The notes beneath the pieces are model-generated. The model was not told the origin of the DNA, ran no database searches, and saw only the letters and a list, made by a program, of their open reading frames with translations. This document shows, piece by piece, positions 38,564 through 46,540 of a stretch of 64,000 bases of DNA (positions are counted from its first letter, which is position 1; each line of letters opens with the position of its first letter). Origin of the DNA: an uncultured Fibrobacteria bacterium (GTDB taxonomy: Bacteria > Fibrobacterota > Fibrobacteria > UBA11236); the NCBI GenBank assembly GCA_963716395.1, contig OY970309.1, forward strand, positions 1,856,001 through 1,920,000. The letters are read 5' to 3'. The translations under genes and the position numbers were made by a program.

Positions 38564-40009
38564 ATGGAAATGAGTGAAGCGTTAAGCCGATTCGACGCCC
38601 TGACGCCCCTCGTGCTGGGCGACAGTTTTATCGATGAATACGTAACCGGCGACTGCTCGCGGCTTTCGCCCGAGGCCCCGGTTCCGGTGCTGCATGTGGA
38701 TGCGGGACAGACCCGGCGCGTGTTGGGAGGCGCAGCCAATACCGCCGCCAATATCGCCGCCTTGGGCGGCAAGCCGGTGCTCTTCGCCCTGTACGCGCGC
38801 GACGACATGGGCCAGGAATTTGAAGCGCAATGCGCGGCCGCGGCCGTAACCCTCGAACCTTTTCACGACGGCCGCCCCACGCCACGCAAGACCCGGCTTT
38901 TGGGCCAGCGCCAGCAATTGCTGCGGCTTGATTATGAGGAAACCCGCGACGTCGAGGCCGATGTCGAAGCGCACCTATTCGCCGTTTTTCAACGGCGCCT
39001 GCCGCACGCCGATTTCGTGGTCTTCTCCGATTATGCCAAAGGGTTGCTCACGGCCGAGCTTGCCCCGCGCCTGATTCGCGCTGCCCGCGCCGCCGGAAAA
39101 CCGGTGATCGTCGATCCGCGCCCGCAGCATGCGGACCGCTACCACGGCTGCGATTACCTTACGCCCAACTGGAAGGAATCTTTGGGCATGCTGGGCCGCG
39201 GAGAACTCGAACCCACCATGGCCAATGTGCGCGACGTCGGCGACACCTTGCGGCGGCGGCAGGAATCGCATGTGCTGCTCACCCTGGGCCCCAAGGGCAT
39301 GGCGTTTTTCCATCGCGACTCCGGCGAATTCTTTCACCTTCCCACCGCCGCGCGCGAAGTGTATGACGTGTCCGGCGCTGGCGACACCGTGGTGGCGGCC
39401 TTCGCCCTGGCCCATGCGGCCGGAATGTCGCACCGCGCGGCCGTCGAATTGGCCAATCGCGCCGCGGGCGTGGTGGTGGGCAAATTGGGAACCGCCACGG
39501 TCACGCGCGAGGAGTTGTCGCAGCCGTCGTCCGGGGGCGGTTTGCTGGTCCGGAACCAACTGGCGCCTTTGGCCGCCTTGCTGCGCGCCCAGGGAAAATC
39601 CATCGTGACCCTCAACGGCTCCTTCGACCTGTTGCATGCCGGCCACTTGCACATTCTCACAGAGGCCAAAAATCAAGGCGACATGCTGATCGTGGGCTTG
39701 AACAGCGATGCTTCGGTGCGGCGCTATAAGGCGGCTGGGCGCCCTTTGATTCCCCAGACCGAACGCGCGCGCATGCTGCTGGCCCTGCGTTGTGTGGACT
39801 ACGTGCACATCTTCGACGAAGACGTGCCCATGCCCTTTCTCGCAGCCGTGCGACCCGACGTGCACGTGAACGGGTCGGAATACGGCCAAGACTGCATCGA
39901 AGCCCCGACGGTCCGGCGCTTCGGCGGCCGCATCCACATCGTGGAAAAAATCCCCGGTCTTTCCACCAGCGCGCTTCTCGACCGCATCCGTAACCTGCCG
40001 GTGTCGTAA
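38564..40009 (+). CDS. hldE: Bifunctional D-beta-D-heptose 7-phosphate kinase / heptose 1-phosphate adenylyltransferase
   Basis: RLSPEAPVPV, SDYAKG and DVSGAGDTV (PfkB kinase); NGSFDLLHAGH, GLNSDASV and GLSTS (cytidylyltransferase fold). Confidence 0.93.
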   Translation: MEMSEALSRFDALTPLVLGDSFIDEYVTGDCSRLSPEAPVPVLHVDAGQTRRVLGGAANTAANIAALGGKPVLFALYARDDMGQEFEAQCAAAAVTLEPFHDGRPTPRKTRLLGQRQQLLRLDYEETRDVEADVEAHLFAVFQRRLPHADFVVFSDYAKGLLTAELAPRLIRAARAAGKPVIVDPRPQHADRYHGCDYLTPNWKESLGMLGRGELEPTMANVRDVGDTLRRRQESHVLLTLGPKGMAFFHRDSGEFFHLPTAAREVYDVSGAGDTVVAAFALAHAAGMSHRAAVELANRAAGVVVGKLGTATVTREELSQPSSGGGLLVRNQLAPLAALLRAQGKSIVTLNGSFDLLHAGHLHILTEAKNQGDMLIVGLNSDASVRRYKAAGRPLIPQTERARMLLALRCVDYVHIFDEDVPMPFLAAVRPDVHVNGSEYGQDCIEAPTVRRFGGRIHIVEKIPGLSTSALLDRIRNLPVS

Positions 40010-40013
40010 GCCC

Positions 40014-40391
40014 ATGCGCATCCACGCGCTGGATTCTTTTTCCGAGGCCCCGCGCGGAAAATTCGTGCTGCTGCGCTTTCGGGGAACGGTGCATTTCGTT
40101 TCGGGATCGGTGGAGCAGCGGCCCTATCACGCGAATCTCATCTTCGACTTCTTCGCGCAAACGGAATGGGGCCGCGCCGAATGGGAGGGGGAGACCCGGT
40201 GCGCAATCCGCACCCCGGGTTGGGAGATTCTCGGCGGCGGCCGCTATGAAATCGACGAGGCCGAGGGCGTGTTGATTTTATCCGAGAAGTCCACTGCCTA
40301 TGGAAAGTTCTCCGCGGAAGAAATCGCTGCGCAGGCGGCCGATTTGCTTGCGGCCATGCCGTCTCCGGGTTTTCGTCTGCGCCTCGATTGA
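40014..40391 (+). CDS. Janus/Ocnus (PHPT1)-like small phosphatase, putative
   Basis: KFVL, YHANL, LGGGRY and STAYG match the PHPT1 motifs KYVL, YHADI, LGGGRI and SMAYG; 4 nt after the hldE stop. Confidence 0.65.
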   Translation: MRIHALDSFSEAPRGKFVLLRFRGTVHFVSGSVEQRPYHANLIFDFFAQTEWGRAEWEGETRCAIRTPGWEILGGGRYEIDEAEGVLILSEKSTAYGKFSAEEIAAQAADLLAAMPSPGFRLRLD

Positions 40392-40702
40392 GAGGTCGCA
40401 TGCACCTTCGGCGCGAGGAGATGAATTTTCTCGGTTCTCGCACATTGTTATCCAAATTTTGGTATGTGGTTACCTTAATCAAGGAGTTTTTACCCGTATT
40501 TCGTTATCCGAAAAACGAAATTTCTGAATGCAATTTATAGGATAATTTCTAATTTAAGCGGAAATAAGCCGGATTATGGCTGTATACCGTTATCCCTCTA
40601 TAAAGAATTGATTGTTTTCCGGTCCCGTTATCGAATATATTGACCTTAACTTCTTCGGAAGTCGGAGACTGCGAAACACATCACTACCACGGAGAGAGGA
40701 TC

Positions 40703-41518
40703 ATGAAACTTACCAACGCCATTTCACCCGTTCTGAAATACAGCGCTGCGGCCGCGCTGTTGACCTTGGGATTCACCGGCTGCATGACTTCGCCGAGTAG
40801 TAGCAGCAATACGGCCGGCTACACCAGCAGCGGTGAAAGCGCCTTTATCAAACAAGAATCCGAAAACATGGGCCAGGTGTGGAACAGCGGCGCATCGGCC
40901 TCGACTTCGACCGGCTTGGCCAAAGAGGCTTCCGACACCGTCATGGACACCATCACCGGCGACCTGGTGATCACACCGCTGCACTATGACTCCGCCTGCC
41001 AATGCTTTGTGCGCGTGGCGAATTACACCAGCTCGGTGGGCTTCGAACGCCAGCGCCTCGACAGCATCACCTTGGTTGACTCGAACGGCAATCCCATGAG
41101 CCGGTTTCGGCCGTTGCTGGCGAAGACCATCATCCATAACCGGCACGTGACCCGAATCCGTAGCAATCTGGGTACTGAGGTCGACGTCAATTTCAATACC
41201 ACTTTGACCTGGGCCGACAGCGGCAGCAAGCGCGTCGGCGTCTGGAACGGTACCATCACCGGAACCTTCAACGGCGTGACGTTCAAGACGGGCAGCATCG
41301 ACAACGTCGTGCGCACCTGGTACCCCCTGTTGCTGCGCTTCGGATTTCCGTCATCCGGTTCCATCGATATCGATCGCATCTCGGGCAAAGGGGCCGAATT
41401 CACGCTCGACATCGTCTTCACCGGCGAAGGCTCGGCCGATGTGTCCGTGACCAATAAAGCGACGGACAAAACGCTCACGATTCATATCGGATTGAACAAC
41501 GTGGAAACTTCAGGATAG
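40703..41518 (+). CDS. Hypothetical lipoprotein, beta-strand rich
   Basis: GGAGAGAGGA SD, FTGC lipobox, Ser/Thr-rich linker. Confidence 0.8.
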   Translation: MKLTNAISPVLKYSAAAALLTLGFTGCMTSPSSSSNTAGYTSSGESAFIKQESENMGQVWNSGASASTSTGLAKEASDTVMDTITGDLVITPLHYDSACQCFVRVANYTSSVGFERQRLDSITLVDSNGNPMSRFRPLLAKTIIHNRHVTRIRSNLGTEVDVNFNTTLTWADSGSKRVGVWNGTITGTFNGVTFKTGSIDNVVRTWYPLLLRFGFPSSGSIDIDRISGKGAEFTLDIVFTGEGSADVSVTNKATDKTLTIHIGLNNVETSG

Positions 41519-41598
41519 GTCGAGGGACGCGGCCTTGGGGCTACGGCCCTGGGGCCGCGGGGCCGCCATGAACGTGTTCGTTCCCCATACCATTTCCC

Positions 41599-41633
41599 GA
41601 CCCGCTTTTCCGAGAGGCGGGTCTTGTTATTCT
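41599..41633 (+). terminator. Probable Rho-independent terminator after the lipoprotein gene
   Basis: GACCCGCTTT-TCCG-AGAGGCGGGTC hairpin followed by TTGTTATTCT; a second GC hairpin lies at about 41530-41559. Confidence 0.55.
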
Positions 41634-41647
41634 GAAATGTAAAGATC

Positions 41648-42547
41648 ATGGAACCACAGCCCCTCCCCGCCGCGCGACCGAACGTCTACCAATACGACGA
41701 TTTCCGGGCCTTTTTGCGCGACGCCTTCGCGTTCAAAAAAGGCGAAGACCCGGAGTATTCCCACCGCAAGTTCGCCCGGGCCGCAGGCATCGCCAATCCC
41801 GGCTATCTGCTCGACGTCATTCTGGGCAAGCGACCCTTGAGCCGCAATCAGGCTGCGAAAATGGCGCCGGTGTTCGGATTAAACGAGGCCGAAGCCGAAT
41901 TTTTTTTCCGCTTGGCCGAGTTCGGCCAAAGCAAAAAAGACGCGGAGCGGCAGGAGTTGTACCACGATTTGCTGTTGCGCCGCAACCGCAGCCGCTTTGC
42001 GCGCCTCAGCCCTTCGCTGGTCAAGTATTATCAGGATTACCGCTACGCGCTGGTGCGCTGTGCGGTCGAAGCCCTGGATTTCCGCGGCGATTACGAGGCC
42101 CTGGGAAAATTCCTCGATCCGCAGGTGGCGCCGGCCGTGGCGCGCAAATGCGTGCAAGAACTGGAAGCATGGGGACTGATCGTGAAGGACGAAAGCGGCC
42201 GCTACCGCGTCACGCAGAAATTCGTGGAGCCGCCGCCCACCCTGTCGGCCATGGTGCGCCGCCTGAACCGGGAATGGATTCTGCAGGCGGCCGAAGTGCC
42301 GTTTAAATTTGGTCCGGAGGATCGGCATGTCTCCGCCCTTTTGCTGATGGTGAGTGAAACCACGCGCCGGCAGTTGATGGCTAAGGTCGAGCAGTTCCGC
42401 AAGGAAGTGCTGGACTTGGTGGAAAAGGACGAGCATCCCGAAACCATCTTGCAACTATCGGTGCAACTGTTTCCCAAGTCACGCCGTCCAGCGCGTCCGG
42501 GTCGCGAAAAGAATCGCGAAAAGAATCACGAAGAGGAGAAGCCATGA
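41648..42547 (+). CDS. TIGR02147/DUF4423-family protein (N-terminal HTH-like)
   Basis: NVYQYDDFRAFLRD, SHRKFARAAG, YLLDVILGKRPL, EAEFF..L..F.Q, R.VS.L and QLSVQLFP pattern typical of the Fibrobacterota/Bdellovibrionota paralogous family. Confidence 0.85.
   Translation: MEPQPLPAARPNVYQYDDFRAFLRDAFAFKKGEDPEYSHRKFARAAGIANPGYLLDVILGKRPLSRNQAAKMAPVFGLNEAEAEFFFRLAEFGQSKKDAERQELYHDLLLRRNRSRFARLSPSLVKYYQDYRYALVRCAVEALDFRGDYEALGKFLDPQVAPAVARKCVQELEAWGLIVKDESGRYRVTQKFVEPPPTLSAMVRRLNREWILQAAEVPFKFGPEDRHVSALLLMVSETTRRQLMAKVEQFRKEVLDLVEKDEHPETILQLSVQLFPKSRRPARPGREKNREKNHEEEKP
42502..42532 (+). repeat. 12-bp tandem repeat TCGCGAAAAGAA (2 copies plus a partial), encoding REKN-REKN
   Basis: Read directly at the 3' end of the TIGR02147 gene, just before the next SD. 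Confidence 0.7.
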
Positions 42548-43884
42548 GATTTGCGACCGGGATCGCCATCCTGGCGGCCACTCTGCTCGGGGCCTGCGTC
42601 TTCGAGCAGCAAACGGCGGGCGGCGAAGATTTTCCCAATACGCTGGAACCCCTGGGCAAGGCGGCCGCCGAACCCATCGCCAACCACACCCAATGGGATC
42701 AATTCCAGAACATTCCGGCCGTGCCGAACGTTCAGTCCAGCGACACCCTGGCTCAGCCCGCGCCCACGGCCAAACCCGCTTTGGCCAAGATCGCGGCGTC
42801 AGACAGCGCCACCTGGGATTTGCGCGACACGGCCTTGGCGCAGGGCGGCGTGGCGCGGGAATACGTGGTGAAATCCGGCCTGTTGAAAATCGAACGCGAT
42901 ACCTTGGTCTATCGATGGAACGCGGCCTTCGGGGATTCGGTTCCCGGCAGCGCCGTATTGCTCGAAGTGCGCGGCCGAACCCTGACCTATCTCACTTTGC
43001 GCCTGTTGGTTTACCGCTATTTGAATCTGGATTCGAGCGGCGCCTTGGATCAGGCGGATTTCACGGAATACACCGTGGGTTTCGCCGACAGCGCGGTGCA
43101 TATTCTGCACATCAAGATGCTGGCCGGTCCCGACGGCGATTTGGCGACCTTGGGCGACAATTTGTGGAAGCAGTACGAGTTTCTGCGGGTGCGCGGCGGA
43201 ACCGACACGTTGGAATGGACGCGGGTGGTCGACGCCGACGGCGACGGCCTGTTGTGGTCCGGCGGTGATTCGGGGATGGTGGACTTGCGGCAAGACGTGG
43301 AGTCGCCCGCGTTACGGCCGCAAGACCTGCATCTGTCGCTCAACTTGCGCGCCAAGGTGTACCACAAAGGCGACAGCGCGATCCCGCTGGCGTATACCGA
43401 GACCAACGCGTTGCGCAACGGGGTGACGACGGTTTTTACGGCCAAGGGCGTGCATGTCGACTCGCTGCTCATTCCCGGCGACACGGCCGTGGTCACCTTC
43501 GACCAGATTTATCCTCCAGATGCGGACCGGGTAGAGTCCTATGCGCGTTACCGCATTCTGCTGGCGTCCCAGCCGTGGCATTTCGCCGACAACGCCCTCA
43601 TCCGCTTCCACGCCGAAAATACCTGGCGCGCGGGCGTCATCCGCAGTGCGATCATGGATTTTACGCCTGACAGCATGGTGGTTTCGGGCCAGCTGCAGAT
43701 CGCGGGCAGCTTCACTTTGAGCGTGGTGTACGATGACGGCGGCACGGGTGCGGTGACCGGAACCTACCGCAATCACATCATCGCGGCCACCTTGCACCAG
43801 AATAAAGCGGGTCTGCTGCAAACTTTTTCGCTGAGCTTCGACGCCAACGGCAAATTGCTGACCCAATCCTTGCTGCCGCCATGA
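42544..43884 (+). CDS. Hypothetical lipoprotein translationally coupled to TIGR02147
   Basis: ATGA overlap, GAGGAG SD, LGAC lipobox followed by AGGEDFPN; DADGDG Ca-binding-like loop. Confidence 0.85.
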   Translation: MRFATGIAILAATLLGACVFEQQTAGGEDFPNTLEPLGKAAAEPIANHTQWDQFQNIPAVPNVQSSDTLAQPAPTAKPALAKIAASDSATWDLRDTALAQGGVAREYVVKSGLLKIERDTLVYRWNAAFGDSVPGSAVLLEVRGRTLTYLTLRLLVYRYLNLDSSGALDQADFTEYTVGFADSAVHILHIKMLAGPDGDLATLGDNLWKQYEFLRVRGGTDTLEWTRVVDADGDGLLWSGGDSGMVDLRQDVESPALRPQDLHLSLNLRAKVYHKGDSAIPLAYTETNALRNGVTTVFTAKGVHVDSLLIPGDTAVVTFDQIYPPDADRVESYARYRILLASQPWHFADNALIRFHAENTWRAGVIRSAIMDFTPDSMVVSGQLQIAGSFTLSVVYDDGGTGAVTGTYRNHIIAATLHQNKAGLLQTFSLSFDANGKLLTQSLLPP

Positions 43885-43937
43885 TCCAAATCCCGCTCCC
43901 TCCGCAGACGGTCTGAGTACCGCCTCGGCCTTCGGCC

Positions 43938-44074
43938 GGTTCGACATCCCTCGACGGGCTCGGGAACCAAGCTCACCGACCGAAAAGGGTTCGGCAGGCT
44001 TTGGAAACCGGCTCAGGGCGCGGCGAATGAGCCTGCCGTGTGGCCGACTCCGCGGCGGGTGAGCCTGTCGAACC
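43938..44074. repeat. Cluster of REP-like palindromic units (TTCGAC.GGCTC type), one nested
   Basis: GGTTCGACA..AAGCTCACC, CTCGACGGGCTCGGGAACC, GGTTCGGCAGGCT, TGAGCCTGCCG and GGTGAGCCTGTCGAACC between convergent genes. Confidence 0.6.
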
Positions 44075-44104
44075 CGCCGGGATCGGTGCGTGATCTTTTT
44101 TTAT

Positions 44105-45250
44105 TTAACCGGGTTGGTTCCGCGGTTGAATTTCGGCGCGCAGGGCCGCGAAGGCTTTCCACACCGTCTCCGCCCGCAAGGTTTTGAGGCATTCCTTGTA
44201 ATTCGGATTGACGCAGCGGTGACCGCAGGGCCGGCAGGGCATGGGTTCAACCTGCACGCACCGCGTCAGCGGCCCGCGCGGTTCCACGTGCCGGGCGTCG
44301 GACGAGCCGTTGATCCAGAGCACGGGTTTGCCGTAATACCCGGCCATGTGGCCCAAAAAATTGTCGGTGGCCACCACGCCGGCCGCGTTCTGCACCTGGC
44401 CCGCCAGCCGCAACAGCGGTCCGCGCCAAAAACCCACGCGCTGCGCCCAGCGGCTGCGGAAGCGCGCAAACCCGGCGCCGGCGTCAGGGGGATCGAGAAT
44501 CAGCAAGGGCAAGCGCGACTCCGTCATTTTTTCCAGCAAGTCGTCCCAATGCTCGAAGGGCCAGTTCTTGGAGTCTTTGCGCGTCCAGCAGGAAAGAATC
44601 CACGGCGCGGTGACGGTGTCGAGGAGGGGAAAGGAACGGGTCTCGCGGCGCAAACCGGCCGATGACGTCAGCGCGCATTTCTTTTCCCAATTGCGGCGAT
44701 GCTCCCAAAACGCCGCGGCCACGGCGGCGTTCTTGTCGGCTTGATGCACGGCCTCGGCCGGCAGGGGAAAGCGATACTGGAAAAACCAGGCGTGCGGCCG
44801 TGCATAGGAGGTCACGCGGCAGGCGCCGGCCACGCGCAGCCAAAAGGCGCTGCGCGGATCGGCATCGAAGTCGAGCGCCCAATATCCCAACGCGCCCCGC
44901 AGCTTGCAGGCCGCCGCCCCGGTGCGCAGAAAAGAGCGCAGTCCCGGCCGCCGGAAAAAGGCGTTGTCGAAGGCCAAGCCCTCCAGCCCCTCGGCCTGGA
45001 GCAGTTCGAGGCAATCGGGACGGCAAACGATTTGCACGCGCACGTGGCTGGCCAAGGTTTTGATCGCCGGCAGCGCCAGATATAAATCGCCGATCATATA
45101 ACTCTGGAAAATCGTGAGCGGCGCAGCGTTGTCGCGCGGTTTTTTCCGTAGCAGCCACAGCCAGGGCGTCAGGGCCACGGCTCCCGCCGCCGCCATCCAC
45201 CCTGGCCCGCGGCGGCGGGGGAGGTTCGGGTTGTCGGAGGACCAGGGCAT
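44105..45250 (-). CDS. GT9 (ADP-heptose:LPS heptosyltransferase-like) glycosyltransferase
   Basis: MIGDLYLALPAI, KNWPFEHW, ATDNFLGHMA and CRPC...C...C C-terminal motif. Confidence 0.85.
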   Translation of the reverse strand: MPWSSDNPNLPRRRGPGWMAAAGAVALTPWLWLLRKKPRDNAAPLTIFQSYMIGDLYLALPAIKTLASHVRVQIVCRPDCLELLQAEGLEGLAFDNAFFRRPGLRSFLRTGAAACKLRGALGYWALDFDADPRSAFWLRVAGACRVTSYARPHAWFFQYRFPLPAEAVHQADKNAAVAAAFWEHRRNWEKKCALTSSAGLRRETRSFPLLDTVTAPWILSCWTRKDSKNWPFEHWDDLLEKMTESRLPLLILDPPDAGAGFARFRSRWAQRVGFWRGPLLRLAGQVQNAAGVVATDNFLGHMAGYYGKPVLWINGSSDARHVEPRGPLTRCVQVEPMPCRPCGHRCVNPNYKECLKTLRAETVWKAFAALRAEIQPRNQPG

Positions 45251-45394
45251 CGGCGTAACTTGGATGTTTCGGGTAAAAATAGCCAATCGACCGGGGTCCG
45301 ACGCGGCTTTTACCGGTCCCGCGCGGTTTTTTGCGGGGGGCTGCGTTTTGGCGAACCGGTCTGTCTATTTTGCTGGCCGCAAACCCCGGTCCGC

Positions 45395-46540
45395 ATGCCA
45401 GCCCCAACTTCTTCTGCCCCGCCTTGCGCGCCGCCGCCGGTTGCCCCGACGGTGTTGCTCGTCATTCTCACCGATCTTTCCACGGACCACCGCTGCTTCA
45501 AGTGGGCCAAGAGCCTGCGGCAATGGGGGGAACATCCCGTGATTTATTGCGATCAACCGCGGCATGCGTTGGGCGAAGCCTGGAGCGGCTTCGACGTGCG
45601 CATTCTGACGCGCCGTTCGCATTTGCAGGAATTCCTTCCGGTATTTGCGGCTTTTTGGCGGCGCCTCGCGCCCGCGCTCTGGCGCACACCGGCCCGGATT
45701 TGGATTGCCCTGGACGCGCCGCCGCTGCTGGGGCTGGCCTTTATCGGCAAGCTGCGGCGGCGCACCGTGATCTACGATGCGCACGAACTGTTCCTGGAAA
45801 CTCCGATGGTCTTGTCACGGCCGGGCCGCCGGATTTTCTGGTGGCTGTGGGAGCAGGGCGGTTTTGCGCTCATTGCCCGCGCCGTCACGGTCAGCCCCCC
45901 GATTTTGGCGCGCCTGCAGCAACACCATCGGGCGGTGGGGTTTTACCTCTTGCCCAATATGCCCTTTCGCGTTTCCCGACCATCCGAGCCGAATCGCGAT
46001 GTACCTCACGGTGAAATACGCTTGATCTTTCAGGGCGGATTGCGCACGGCTTCGGGGTTGCCCGAACTGTTCGCCGCGCTGGCGGAACGACCCGCCTGCC
46101 GCCTGGATATTTACGGCGACGGAGTCGAAGGCGATAACGTGCGCGCCGCCGCCCGGCACGAGCACCTCGGAGAGCGCGTGGCTTTTCACGGAGCCGTTCC
46201 CTTTGAGAGCCTGCCCGCAACTTTGGAGCGGGCCCATCTCGGCGTGCACCTCATGCAACCGGTATGCGGTAGCTTCGCCCTGACCTGGGCCAACAAAATT
46301 TTCGATTACGTGCATGGGCTTTGTCCGGTGCTACTCAGCGACAATCCTGCGCATCAGTCTCTGTTGCATGAGTTCCGCGTCGGCGTCACGGTCGACGCCT
46401 TTTCCACCTCGGCCATCGGTGGCGGGATCGACGCCTTGCTGGCCGGCTACCCCGCTTTTGTCGCGGCTTGCCGCCGGGCCCGCGAGCAATGGCATTGGGA
46501 AGCCTTCGCGGCCAACCTGGGCCCCTTTCTGGGACTATGA
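45395..46540 (+). CDS. GT4-family glycosyltransferase
   Basis: DLSTDHR, IYDAHELF, FQGGL and ANKIFDYVHG motifs. Confidence 0.85.
   Translation: MPAPTSSAPPCAPPPVAPTVLLVILTDLSTDHRCFKWAKSLRQWGEHPVIYCDQPRHALGEAWSGFDVRILTRRSHLQEFLPVFAAFWRRLAPALWRTPARIWIALDAPPLLGLAFIGKLRRRTVIYDAHELFLETPMVLSRPGRRIFWWLWEQGGFALIARAVTVSPPILARLQQHHRAVGFYLLPNMPFRVSRPSEPNRDVPHGEIRLIFQGGLRTASGLPELFAALAERPACRLDIYGDGVEGDNVRAAARHEHLGERVAFHGAVPFESLPATLERAHLGVHLMQPVCGSFALTWANKIFDYVHGLCPVLLSDNPAHQSLLHEFRVGVTVDAFSTSAIGGGIDALLAGYPAFVAACRRAREQWHWEAFAANLGPFLGL

Noticed and set aside
38356-38808. N-terminal extension of the TonB receptor ORF to 38808
   Set aside because: Overlaps hldE on the opposite strand and runs through promoter DNA; the signal-peptide-like segment starts after 38355
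43773-43976. 67-aa ORF starting MSLVPEPVEG
   Set aside because: Translation of the REP-like repeat, overlapping the lipoprotein gene antisense
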